Assembly (NCBI RefSeq): GCF_004010195.1
Contig: NC_057719.1
Span: forward strand, 48,343,896 to 48,407,895
Direction: 5' to 3'
DNA length: 64,000 bases
From: Chiloscyllium plagiosum
Lineage: Eukaryota
Under the pieces are notes generated by a model. It made no database searches, was not told the DNA's origin, and saw only the letters and a program-made list of their open reading frames with translations. Below, piece after piece: positions 51,790 through 64,000 of this stretch (positions within the stretch are counted from its first letter, which is position 1; each line of letters opens with the position of its first letter). Both the position numbers and the translations under genes were made by a program.

Positions 51790-52430
51790 CTTATGAAAAA
51801 ATCTACCCTGCATCTAATTTATCCAGCCCTGTAAAGAATTTTGTATGTTTCAAGCAGAAGTAGTTGACCTAATTTTTTCTTGTATGACAAATCTGCCATC
51901 CCTGGAGTCTGCCTAGTTAAACATTTTGTTGCACTCCCTCTATAGTAAAAATATCTTGGGCAGGAGACTAAAACAACACATAATACTTCAAGTGTGGTCT
52001 CACCAAGGGCTTCTACAGCTGCAATAAGACATCTTGTCTCCTGTACTTAGAGCATTTTGCAATGAAGACCTGTATACCATTTGTTTTCCTGATTGCTTGC
52101 ACCCTCATGCTTGCTTTCAGTGACTAGTGTACAAAAAAAAGGTACTTTTGTACACCAAGAATTCCCAATCCATCTCAATTTTTGTAATACCCAGTATTCT
52201 GTTTTTCCTGCCAATGTGGATAACTTCACACTTATTCATATTGTACAGCATTTGCCACATATTTTTCTATTCAATCAACATGTTTAAATTGTCTTGAAGT
52301 GTTTTTACTTTCTCCTCACCACTCTCAATTTCAGCTAGTTTTGAATTGTCAGCAAACTTGGAAATGCTGTAGTTGATTCCCTTATCCAAATTGTTGAATA
52401 TTTTGAATAGCTAGGGCCCAAACACTGATC
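51790..52430 (-). mobile_element. CR1 fragment
   Basis: rc contains SVFGP and SKFADN. Confidence 0.7.
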
Positions 52431-52737
52431 TCTGGTCCCTAGCTTTGGATTGGACTACTTTACTTTCTATCCCAATAAAGCATTTTGTCATGTTATAGTC
52501 ACTCTTTGCTAAAGTACCTTGCGCAACCAAATTATTAATTAATACTTCTCCTTTTACTACACCCTTTTTGTCCCTCCGTATATTGGTCTTAATCATCTTT
52601 CATATACTTCACTACTTCGTTTCATCCAGTTTTAAGTGCATCTTGTTGAATATAAGTGTTGTCGCTACACTTCAAATTTAATTAGAAAAAGTTAAGTCCT
52701 TCAAAACATTACATAATAGCTGCTCTAAGAACTTTAT

Positions 52738-53040
52738 ATAGAATCTGTACAGTGTGGAAACAGGTCCTTTGGCCCTCTGAAGAGTAACCCAGCCAGACCC
52801 AATTGCTGTACACTTACCCCTGACCTACACATTCCTGAACACTATGAACAATTTAGCATGGCCAATTCACCTAACCTTCACGTTCTTTGGATTGCGGGAG
52901 GAAACCAGAGCACCTGGAAGAAACCCACGCAGACGTGGGGAGAATGTGCAAACTCCACACAGATAGTTGTCTGAGGCTTTAATTGAACCAGGTTCCTGAT
53001 ACTTTGAGGCAGCAGTGCTAACTACTGAGCGACCGTGCTG
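52738..53040 (-). mobile_element. HE1/V-type SINE
   Basis: Reverse complement of head and V-domain. Confidence 0.9.
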
Positions 53041-55039
53041 ACTCACTTGCTATCTGTATTTTTTTTCACACAGCGGTAACAACTGCCCAGTAGAGTGTGC
53101 TGTGCTTTTTGGATGGTTGGCTGACAGGCTAATATTGATCAGTCTATTTGTGCTGTATGATCATGTATTGTGGATAAATAGGGGACTTCCTCTTCATATT
53201 TGGAGCGAACTTATGTGTTTACTATCATTACATTTCTCATCTCTTCCTGTTTCAGATCTGCAAATAGGTTGCTACCATTCAGTTCCGTACCATTTATGTT
53301 TACTTCATTTGAAGAGAACCCCCCACAACCTTAAGCATGGTGTGTCTTTTTCTATCTTAAACACCCTGCGTCAGTGTGTAAATTGTCATTAGGCTCTTAA
53401 TTTTCATACAAACCTTTGATCACAAATACATTTATGCCATTAAGCTAGGAGCATCTATTTATATCATAATGACAATTCTTTTACAGTGATTGAGATATCA
53501 AAGGTCTATTATGCTTGAAGGCTATTGTACAAGTGAATAGGACATTGGAATGTAATCCCAGGACAATTGGCCACAAAGCAAAACAATCTCCTGTCTCTGT
53601 ACAAAACCTTGGTCAGACCTTATCTGTATTAAGTGTCCAGTTTGGTCTTCTCGCTTGGTCATCTAACATTTGAGCACAGTGTAGAAGAGGATCACTGAAG
53701 TTATATCTGGCTAAGTCCTCTGTTATCAAAGGAGATCTTGGATGGCTCTTTTTTAAATTGTCGAAGAGAGAGAGTGTGTTTCCCACTTATGTTTGTCTGT
53801 GTGGGCTGAATTTCTTCAGAGATTGGCTAATTCTTGAAAGGGGATTTCTTTCTGTCTACCCCCAGTAAAATTTCTCACGCTATTCTCTAAAACTCACGTC
53901 ATTGCTTATGCAGCACATCTCTACAGCACCAGCTTATTCGATCTCTCTCGCACCAGAGATAGAAACATTTGCCACTGTCGGGAACTCCTGGGATTCCTGG
54001 CACCAGTTTCAAAGCCCAGATGTGCACCATGCCAAACCAGGAGTGCCCTTCACTGTGCACATAGTGTAAGAAGAATCAAAAGAAACACCTCTCAGGATAC
54101 ATACGTGGTGCAGCTAACACTTCATTACATATACTTTTATGAATATGCACTTGCCTTGTTATTTGGGAACCAAACTACCAGGTTACCTGTCCTTACCTTC
54201 ATCCCATCTTAGAACCTTATCTAAGTGAGTACTCCTGAGCTTCAAGGCTCAGAGTTGACGATTGCCAACCATGATGTTGCACTGGTGGTTGATGCTTCTG
54301 GCAGCTGTGACCATCAACAACTCCTTCCCACAGTAACCCTTCGCCTCCAATGAACTATTATTTCATCTCCTCTTTGCAAGTTGTGTCATTCACCATTCAT
54401 AATAATCACCTCTCGGCATGCCAGCAAACGCCAGAATTGATCTCCCAACTGCCCTACCACAGCAGTGGCCCTGATGATTTCTCTTTCACTGAGCTGACTC
54501 GGATTGATCTTGACTCACTCCCTGATCAATTTGGTTGGAAAGCCCCAATTGATCCCTGCTAGATCTATGTGCAGGTGAATGGCTCATCTCAGCCATGGAC
54601 TGATTCCACTGCACCTGCAGGACTGACCATACCCAATTCCCAGACAATAGACGATTCCATGACCCTAGTTGGCACAAGCAACCAACTGACTGTTCAAGCC
54701 TCGGACTAGTAGCTGACACTGTCCTTAATGACTATGTTAGGACTCCCTTACTTAAAGATTTCTCCCTTGGCTTGACTGAGGCCTCATCCCTGTAGACTTT
54801 AAGATGTGACCACATGGTTGCAGTTTGCTTGCAGTATATCATACTGGCACATAGTGCAACTGTGAGGTTTATGTATCACAATGCAACATGATAACTACTG
54901 ACAATGGTGAGCTGCCTGGCTTTGTGTCTCCAGCAACCAACAAGGCAAAGCAAAACTACCAAAAATGTTTATGCAAGTCATGCTGTGAGCATCCAAATAA
55001 ATGCAGAACATGTGAGGAGCCCTGAGATAAACTGGTCGA

Positions 55040-56440
55040 AACCATGAGTCAAAATACTCAAAAAGCACAGAAGAAGCACCTTCAGCCCACTGAGTCTGCA
55101 CTGACCTATCTATCCTAATCCTACTTTCCAGCACTTGACCCAAAAGCCGTGAATATTATGACATTTCAAATGTTCATCCAAAACGTTTTAAAAGTTGCCT
55201 CTACTGCCCTTCCATGCAGTTCATTCCAGATTCCCAACATGCTCTGAGTGAAAAATGTTTTCTTTAAATCCTCTCTAAACCACCTGCCCTTCACCTTAAG
55301 ATTATGCCCCCTTGTTATTGATGCTTCAGCTCAGGGGAACAGCTCCTTTCTATCCATTATGTCCATATTCCTCAATCTTGTACACTTCAATCAGGTCATC
55401 CATCAGCTTTCTCTGCTCTAGAGAAAACAACCCAAAATTATTCAGCTTTTCTTCATCGTTAAAATGCTGCAACCCAGGCAGTTTCCTCTCCAGTGTAATC
55501 AGAGCAGAACAGCACACAATACTCCAGCTATGCTGAACTGAAACTTGGTGCAACTCCAACATAACCACACAATAAGAGCATATAATATATGACATGACTA
55601 ATAAAGGCAAGTGTCCCATATGCCTTCTTAGCCACACTACTCACCTGTCTTGTTGTCTTCAGGGATCTGTGGACAAGCACCCCAAGATCCCTGTGTCCTC
55701 TGAGCTTCCTTGTGTCTATCCATTCATTGAGTGCTCCCTTGTCTTGTTACTACTTCCACAGTGCAAGACTTCACATCTTTCAGGGTTAAATTCCATCTGC
55801 CTCTGATCTGCCCATCTGACCAACCCTAAGACCTTCTTTCTCCCTATTACTGAACTCGCCAATATTAATGCCATCTGAAAACTTACTTATTACATCACCA
55901 ACTCTACATTCTCATTTATATCGTTTGTATATATCAGGAACAATAAGGTATCCATCATTGATTACTGTGGTATTCCACTGGACACCGGCCTCCTGGCAAG
56001 TAAACAGCCTTCTACCACCATCCTCAATCTACTGTCACTTAGGTAATTTTGAATCCATTTTGCTAAGGCATCCTCGATTCCATGTGCTTTTAACTTATGC
56101 ATATGGCCAGCGGCAGGCAGATGGGCCTAGTTTAATTTTGGATTATGTTCGGCATGCACTGGTTAGACCGAAGGTTCTATTTCTGTGCTGTATAACTCTG
56201 ACTCTGTGTCGGAGCTTTCAAAGGCTTTCTTGGAATGCATAAAACTTACCTCCTTGAAAAATTCAATCAAATTTGTTGGACATGACCTTCTTCTGACAAA
56301 GTCATGTTGACTAATTTTTTATTAATCCATGCGTCCCTAAATGGAGGTTAATTTTCTCCTTCAGAACTTTCTTCAGTAGTTTTCCTACCACTGCTGTGAG
56401 ACTCCTTATCTCCTTCTTGAAAAGTGGAACCACATTTGCT
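55040..56440 (-). mobile_element. CR1 fragment(s) with a short + strand CR1 3' tail at about 56095-56205
   Basis: rc GLFSLEQRKLMDDLIEVYKI, STFQHDFVR-like region. Confidence 0.75.
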
Positions 56441-56499
56441 AGATAACAAGTATGGTGAAGTGATCACGCCACAAATAAACAGTGCATGGACAGAATGGG

Positions 56500-57977
56500 A
56501 TGACCCATCTGGTACGGAAGCAGGCCATTTTCAAATATAACAAGTTCTGGACAATATCCAGGCTTTGCCTGACAAGTTGCAAATAACATTCATAGCACGC
56601 AATTGCCAGGCAATGACCATCTCCAAGGAGAGACAATTTAACCACTGCTCATGACATTCAATGGTGTTACCAGCACTGTATACCCCACTATTAATATTGA
56701 ACAGAAACTGAACTGGGGCTAGCCATATAAATACAATGCTATAAAAACAGGCCAAAGGTTAGGTACAGAGGAACCTCGATTATCTGAACGAGATGGGCAG
56801 GCACTATTTCGTTCAGATAATTGATTTATTGGATAATCGATTTTACCTTAAACAAGGGAAACCATACTGATCTAATGCTTGCTCTACCGGAGAATTTGTT
56901 TAAATCTATAATTTAATGAGTCTGCTATTTAAACAAATTAATCTTTGCATTCTGCAAATTACAGGTTAAACTGAAAAGGACTAAATCCATCACATAAAGA
57001 CTGTATATGAAATCCCAACATTAAACAAGGTTTTGAATACTTCTATGATCGTAAGAGCATTTGTCAGTTTCTGTGAACTCAGTATCGCGATAAAAAGACA
57101 GAAGCACAGTCTCGTGTATGTGTTGACTTTCTTGGCCGATCTTTTCATGAACGGCCTGGTAAAGTGACGGGAATATTGTAAAACACTTACTTTTGCAAAG
57201 GGCTGTGTAACTAACTCTTACCTAAAAAATATCTAGTCGCTGATGCTTGAAGTGCTTGTATTTCTTTATTTTTGCCAGCGTTTTCACATGTTTTTCAGTA
57301 CAGGTAAATTGAATACACTTACCTCTTAGATGTAACATTTTTGCGGGACCGTGAGATCTTCTTCAGATAATCCGAAATTCAGATAATTGATATTCAGATA
57401 ATCGAGGTTCCTCTGTATACTGCAGCGAGTAACTCGCCTCCTGACTCCTCAAAGCCTGACCATCATTTACAACGTACAAGTCAGGAGTATGATGGAATAC
57501 TTCCCACTTGCCTGGATGGGTGCAGCTCCAATGATACTCAAGAAGCTTGACACCATCCAACACAAAGCAGCCTGCTTGATTGGCACCATATCCATGAGCA
57601 CTTCACTCCCAATATTCAGTAGAAGTAGTGTGTACTATCTACAAGAGGCACTGCAGAAATTTTCCAATGAGACAACACTTTCCAAACCTACAACTACTTC
57701 CATCTAGAAGGACAAGTGCAGCAGATGCCTGGGAACACCATCACCTGCAAGTTCCCCTCCTAACCCCTCACCATTCGGACTTGGAAATGTATTGCTGTTT
57801 CTTCACTGTGGCTGGGACAAAATCCTGAAATTCCCTCTCTAAGGCATTGTGGGTCATCCTCTAGGATTTGGATTGCAGCAGTTCAATAAGGCAACTCACC
57901 ATAACGTTTCCAATGGCATCTTTAGTAAATGCTGGCCAGCCTTAGCAATGCCCTTGTCCCACAAGTGAATAAAAAAA
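56500..57977 (+). mobile_element. LINE family 2 3' part, split by a MITE
   Basis: QVRSMMEYFPLAWMGAAPMILKKLDTIQHKAACLIG. Tail ends gaataaaaaaa. Confidence 0.85.
56766..57415. mobile_element. Non-autonomous Tigger/pogo-type DNA transposon (MITE)
   Basis: Perfect 23-bp TIR CAGAGGAACCTCGATTATCTGAA, TA on both sides, subterminal ttcagataat repeats. Confidence 0.93.
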
Positions 57978-57989
57978 TTCTCCTTGAAA

Positions 57990-58535
57990 ATAGTGTGTGG
58001 AGTTTTGGCCTCCCTCCTATCGGAAGGATATTGTGAAACATGGAACGGGTTCAGAAAAGATTTACAAGGATATTGTCAGGGTTGGAGGATTTGTGCTACA
58101 AGGAGAGACTGAATAGGCTGGGGCTGTTTTCCCTGGAGCGTCTGAGGCTGAGGGGTGACCTTATAGAGGTTTATAAAATCATGAGGGGCATGGATAGGGT
58201 AAATAGACAAGGTCGTTTCCCTGGGGTGGAGGAGTCCAGAACTAGAGACCATAGGTTTTTTAGGGTAAGAGGGGAAACGTTTAAAATGCTCCTAAGGAGC
58301 AACTTTTTAATGCAGAGGGTGGTATGTGCATGGAGTGAGCTATCAGAGGAAGTGAAGAAGGCTGGTATAATTACAACATTTAAAAGGCATCTGGATGGGT
58401 ATATGAATAAGAAGGGTTTAGAGGGATATGGGCCAAGTGCTGGCAAATGTGACCAGAGTAGATTAGGATATCTGGTTGGTATGGACAAGTTGGACTGAAG
58501 GGTCTATTTCCATGCTGTACATCCCTATGACTTTC
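57990..58535 (+). mobile_element. CR1 3' fragment
   Basis: ERVQKRFTR..LERLRLRGDLIEVYKIMRG. Confidence 0.92.
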
Positions 58536-58589
58536 TGTAATCCAGTAGCGTATCGTTGACTTGCTTACCTTGTTCCAACTAAATGCCTC

Positions 58590-59370
58590 TCTTTTCCTTC
58601 TGATCCAGGCCTGAAATTTCTAGACATCTAGGTCTCTTTGGGCTTGTTGCTCCTACGTGTTACCCTAAAGTGTACTCTCTCCGCTTCCTTTTTGAGTCTC
58701 TCTCTATTCTACTGTAGATTGCCCCACAAATAGCTATTCTCAGTCTACTCTGGCCAGTTCCTGCTATAATTTAATAAAATCTGCCTTCCCTTAATCCAAA
58801 ACCCGATTTTTACAGAACGTCTCTTTCCTTTTCTATGACAAACTTAAATCGTACTGTATTGTAGTTGTTACCAATTACATACTCCCAACTACCACCTCGA
58901 CTACCTGTCTAGCTTTGTTTACCAGGATTTGGTCCAGCCCTGCACAGTCCCTTATCAGACCCTTTGCATGTTGATATAAAATAGTTTCTTGAATACATTT
59001 CAAAGAATTTGAAACCTCTAAAACTTGTACACTATGACTGTCTCAATTAGTGTTCGGGAAATTGAAATCACCTAATATAATTACTATTATTGTTAGATAC
59101 CTTAGTGAATTGTCTGCATAATCTCTCCTCCTCGATCTGCTGATTGCAAGGAGTGTATTATAGACCCCCAAACAATGAGACTGTCCCCTTTTTATCCTAG
59201 GCTCTATCCCTCCATTCATTTGCAGATTTTGTCACTCCTTACTGCAGTAACCGACTCCTTAATTTGTAATGAAACACCACCATCTTTTTCACATCCACCC
59301 TTTTCTTGCCTGAAGAACCTATACCCCAGAATGTTGAGTTGCCAGTTCTGTCCCTTTCTTACCCATGTCT
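58590..59370 (-). mobile_element. CR1 endonuclease-region fragment
   Basis: rc TWVRKGQNWQLNILGYRFFR..GGVSLQIKE, LGDFNFP. Confidence 0.75.
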
Positions 59371-59892
59371 GTATGAGGTGGGTGCCTGTCCCTGAGGACA
59401 GTGTGTCCTGGGTGGCAGCATTACAATGACCAGTGCCTGTCTGCTCCAAAATATAACTTTGAGATGCAGGCTACATTGTAAGTGAGTCTGAAATGTGTCA
59501 TGAAGGTGCAGTGAGGATGCTACAAGTCTGATGCCAATGTCTGTGGATGGGGGATGTCGTTGGTTTGGAGTGACTCTGACATTTTGGTGACTAGTATCCA
59601 CAATGGAAGTCCAGAAGAGCAAGGGTTGAGCTGGAGTCAACAGGTACCCATTCTGACTTAAATGTTGAAACTTTTTGCCATCTTCTTTCCATTTGACAGG
59701 TGGGAGAATGGTAAAATGTATTTCAATGAATGCAATTACATAGCAATCAAAATCGGCCTCTCATGGCTTACTTGTGAGATTCTCCATTGCCATTCAAAAC
59801 TTTATCAGGGAATTGGACTTTTTTTCTTGACATAGAGTTTCTAATTTCTACTGACTTCTCCCTATTTATTTCCCAACTGACCTGCCAATACC

Positions 59893-60260
59893 CACGGAGG
59901 CTGAGGGGTGACTTTATAGAGGTTTATAAAATCTTGGATAGAGTAAACAGGGTAGGGGCGTCCAAAATCAGAAGGCATAGGTTTAAGTGAGCATGGAAAG
60001 ATTTCAAAGGGACCTTAGGGGCAATGTTTACACACAAAAGCTGGTGTGTGTATGGAATGACCTGCCGAGGAAGTGGTGGAGACTGGTATAATTATAACAT
60101 TTAGTAGGCATCTGGATGGTTATATGAATAGGAAGGGTTCAGAGAGATATGGATCAAATGCTGGCAAATGGGTGTAGATTAATTTAGAATATCTGGTCAC
60201 CATGGATGAGTTGGACCAAAGGGTCTGTTTCTGTGCTATATATCTCTATGACTTTATGAC
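59893..60260 (+). mobile_element. CR1 3' fragment
   Basis: RRLRGDFIEVYKI, then an atgact tail. Confidence 0.88.
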
Positions 60261-62200
60261 CACTGTTAATAAAGGAACAAATTCCATATGCCACCTTAAC
60301 CACCATATTGACCTGTCCTGTTAGCTTCAGAGATCTGTGGACGCTCAAGGTTCCTTACCACCTCGACACCTATTAGTATTCTTGTGTTAATTGTGTATTC
60401 CTTTTATCTCGTCTGATGCAAAATCTCAGATAGGGTAAACAGACAAGGCCCTTCTTCACCACCACTTCTTCAGGTTGAATTTCATTTGCCATGTTTCTGC
60501 TTATCGTACCAGATGATTGATATATTCCTACAATCTACAACTATCCTCCTCACTATCAACCACATGCCCAAGTTTTGTGTTGTCTGAAAACTTCTATATC
60601 ACACCCTGTATCTTTACATCCAAGTTGTTTAATTAGATGTAAATCCAACAAAAATGTTGATGTAGTCCTGAACCCTGTGGAACCCTCCTGAAAATGCCCT
60701 CCCAGTTACAAAGAGACCCATCAGCAATTACTCAATTTTAATCGAGCTTGCTGGATCCCATTGGCTTTTTTTTAAAAAACCGTCTGCCATGTGGAAATTT
60801 GTTGAAAGACTTACTAAATTCCATGTAGACCAGATAAACAGCACTATCATCGTCAAACCTCCATGTAACTTCCTCAAATAATTATCCTATCCTTTTCTTA
60901 GTCCTCCTCTAATATAAATGTTTTGATTAGATATCTTTGGGTTCACCTTTGTTTTTTTTTTGCTAATATTCTTTCATGTCTTCAGTTCATTTTTGATTTT
61001 ATCCCTCTGCTTTCTATCCTTTTGGCTTTCTGTAGTATTGAGTTCTCACAGTTGAACATCAGCTTTCTTTTTCTACCTTATCGAACCTTGTAAATTCCTT
61101 TACACCCAGGGTGCTATAAACTTGGCTGTCCCACCTCTCTCCATGGCAACATGTTTATTCCAAACTCTTTGTCAGAGCAATGGAAGGCATTCAATGTTAC
61201 CTTCAAGTACAGTCCACTTTTGCTAAATCACTTTACAGCTTAGTGAAATTGGTCTTCAACTTAGTCATAGAGATGTACAGCATGGAAACAAATCCTTCGG
61301 TCCAACTCGTCCATGCTGACCAGATATCCTAACCTTATCTAGTCCTATTTTCTAGCACTTGGTCCATATCCCTCTAAATCCTTCCTGTTCATATACCCAT
61401 CCCAGATGCCTTTTAAATGTTGTATCAATGTACCAGCTTCCACTACTTCCTCTGGCAGTGCATTCCATACACACACAGTCCTCTGCGTGAAAAAATTGCT
61501 CCTTCGGTCCATTTTAAGTTTTTCCCCTCTTACCCTAAACCTATGCTCTCTTGTTCTGGACTTCACCACTTCAGGGAAAATACCTTGTCTATTTACCCTA
61601 TCCTTGCCCCTCATGATTTTATAAGCCTCTATAAGGTCACCCCTCAGCCTCTGACGCGCCAGGGAAAACAGCCCCAGCGTATTCAGCCTCTCTCTGTAGC
61701 TCAAATCCTCCAACTCTGGCAACCTGTTCAAAATTCACAACATCCTTCCGATAGGAGGGAGACCAGAATTGCATGCAATATTCCAAATTTCCAATACTGC
61801 AAATTCCTAACCAATGTCCTGTACAGCTGCAACATGACCTCCCAACTTGTATACTCAATGCTCTGTCCAGTAAAGGAAAGCATACCAAATACAGCCTTCA
61901 CTATCTTATCTACTTGTCACTCCACTTGCAAGGAAATATAAACTTGCACTTCAAGGTCTCTTTGCTCAGCAACCTCCAAGACCTTACCATTAAGTGTATA
62001 AGTCCTGCTCTGATTTGCCTTTCCAAAATGCAGCACCTCACATTTACCTAAATTAAACTCCCATCTGCCACTCCTTAGCCCATTGGCCCATCTGATCAAG
62101 ATCCCATCGTACTTTGAGGTAACCTTCTTTGCTGTCCACTACAGTTTGAATTTTAGTGTCATTTGCAAACTTAACTAACTATACCTCCTATGTTCACATC

Positions 62201-62414
62201 GACTTGGAGGTGCCTGTGTTGGACTGGGGTGGAAAAAGTTAAAAATTATACAACACCAGGTAATAGTCCAACAGGTTTATTTGGAAGCACTAGTTTTCAG
62301 AGCGCTGCTCCTTCACCAGGTGGAGAACCACCTGATGAAGGGGCGGTGCTCCAAAAGCTAGTACTTCCAAATAAACCTGCTGGACTATAACTTGGTGTTG
62401 TGTGGTTTTTAACA
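62201..62414. mobile_element. Palindromic Penelope mini-element (CTGATGA..AAGCTA hammerhead, decayed)
   Basis: TSD atgttcacatc 62190-62200 / atgctcacatc 62415-62425. CTGATGA-A-GGGGC-ggt-GCTCC-aAAAGCTA at 62332-62360. Confidence 0.85.
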
Positions 62415-62898
62415 ATGCTCACATCCAAATTATTCTGTCTTTGTCCATTTTGATAATTATATTAACACTAACTGACTTATGATCATTACCATCAACATGT
62501 GCTCCAATTGCCTCTTATTCCACCTAAAACTAAGTATGAGCCTATGCTCTCTCTTGCTGGGCTTCCTACATAATGTAACTCAATTCCTACAGACCAAAAC
62601 TAACCCAATTAATATTAGGATGGTTAAAATCTTCTATCAGTATCCTATTCTTTATTTTTTATTTGAAAATTGCGTACATTTTTTTGCTCTTCTATCTCTT
62701 TGACTGTTCAGGCATCTATCATACACTCCCAGCAGTTCCTTATGGCCTCATCTAACACATTGTCTCTTCTAATAACTGTAATTGTTTCTTTGTCCAAAAT
62801 TGTTATCCCCTATCTATCATGCCTGAAAATTCCAACCAGGACCATTGAGCTAATTCTGTCCTCTTTAAGACCTATTTCTGCAACAGCCATGAAATCAT

Positions 62899-63081
62899 CC
62901 GAGGAGCAGGAGAACCGACATTTCAGACATAAGCCCTTCATAAGCCCATCATTCCTGATTAAAGGCTCATGCCCGAAACATTGATTCTCCTGCTCCTCGG
63001 ATACTGGCTGGCCTGCTGTGATTTTCTAGCCCCTCAGTCTTGACTCTGATACACCAGCATCTGCAGTCCTTACTTTCTCCT
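62899..63081. mobile_element. Penelope mini-element with short inverted arm, decayed hammerhead
   Basis: TSD agccatgaaatcat 62885-62898 / agccatgatatcat 63082-63095. ctgattaaaggctcatgcccgaaac at 62955. Confidence 0.8.
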
Positions 63082-63174
63082 AGCCATGATATCATACAGA
63101 GCCAGGTCATGTCCTCTGGAGATCGCATATGAGTGCACCTCTTGTGGCCATCAGTCATGAGATGGGACTTGATA

Positions 63175-64000
63175 GCCATAGAACATAGAACAGTATAGAC
63201 CTGGCCCTTGATGTTGGCCCGACCTTTTATCCTACTCTAAGATCAAACTAACCTACATACCCTTCATTTTACTGTCATCCATCTGCCTATCCAAGAATCA
63301 CTTAAATGTCCCTAATATATTTGATTCTACTCCCACCACTGGCAGTGCATTCCACACACCCACCAATCTCTATGTAAACAGCCTATCTGACATCTCTCCT
63401 CAACCTTCCTCCAATCACCTTAAAATTATACCGTCTGGGAAAAATGTCTCTGGCTATCCAATCTATCTATGCCTCTCATCATCTTGTACACCTCTATCAA
63501 GTCACCTCTCATCCTTCTTCATCCAGTGAGAAAAGCCTTAGCTGCCTCAACCTTTCTTCATAAGACATGCCCTCCAGTTCAGGCAGCATCCTGGTAAATT
63601 TTGTCTGCACCCTATCTAAAATTTCCTCGTCCTTCCTGTAATGAGGTGACCAGAACTGAACACAATTTTTTCCAAGTGTAGTCTAACCAAGGCTCTATGG
63701 AGCTGCAGCATAACCTCGCGGTTCTTAAACTCAATCCTCCAGCTAATGAAAGCCAACACACCATATGCCTTCTTAACAACCCTATCAACTTGGGTGGCAA
63801 CTTTGAGGGATCTATGAACATGGACCCCAAGATCCCTCGGTACAAAGAATCCTGCCTTTAACCCTGTAATCTGCATTCAAATTTGACCTTCCATTACTCA
63901 CTTCACACTTTTCCAGATTGAACTCCATGTACCACTTCTCAGCCCAGTTCTGTATCCTGTCAATGTCCCGTCGCAACCGACAACAGCCTTCCATACTATC
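63175..64000 (-). mobile_element. CR1 3' part, same subfamily as 5110-7050
   Basis: RDLGVHVHRSLKVATQVDRVVKKAYGVLAFI, with a (ttctatg)n tail at 63175-63192. Confidence 0.92.

Larger units (their letters stand above)
60265..63170 (-). mobile_element. Stack of nested minus-strand CR1 fragments (younger 3' copy 61262-62430)
   Basis: GLFSLARQRLRGDLIEAYKI, FNLGKCEVLHFG, SKFAND. An endonuclease-region remnant lies at 62450-63170. Confidence 0.8.

Noticed and set aside
39127..64000. Pellino exon 2 (YNG.LPNGDRGRRKSRF)
   Set aside because: Not recognised by eye or in the ORF track. It is probably beyond the window, though a short exon could be missed.
1..64000. CRISPR arrays, operons or prokaryotic systems
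   Set aside because: There is no regularly spaced repeat-spacer structure, and the sequence is vertebrate and TE-dominated.

Overview
Repeat-rich vertebrate genomic DNA, almost certainly a shark or other chondrichthyan: it carries HE1/V-type SINEs and shark-type CR1 LINEs. The only host gene I can support is the first coding exon of a Pellino gene, most likely PELI2 (39050-39126, +, MFSSSQEDHSAPTKDPVKYGELIVLG then GTGAGT). It sits in a CpG island, and the rest of the window downstream appears to be intron 1. Everything else is mostly transposon debris: CR1, L2, RTE, Rex1/Babar-type and a second CR1/L2-group LINE, solo LTRs, a Gypsy RNase H fragment, a near-complete Tigger/pogo transposon and MITEs. 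There is one N gap (41628-42253). The most striking signal is a dense set of Penelope-like-element (PLE) repeats carrying minimal type I hammerhead ribozyme motifs (CUGANGA-stem II-GAAAC-GUC). Many are short palindromic mini-elements with one hammerhead on each strand and 11-16 bp target-site duplications. One intact hammerhead lies in sense orientation inside the PELI2 intron. TE boundaries are approximate unless a TIR or TSD is cited. Family names come from recognising motifs, not from database searches.
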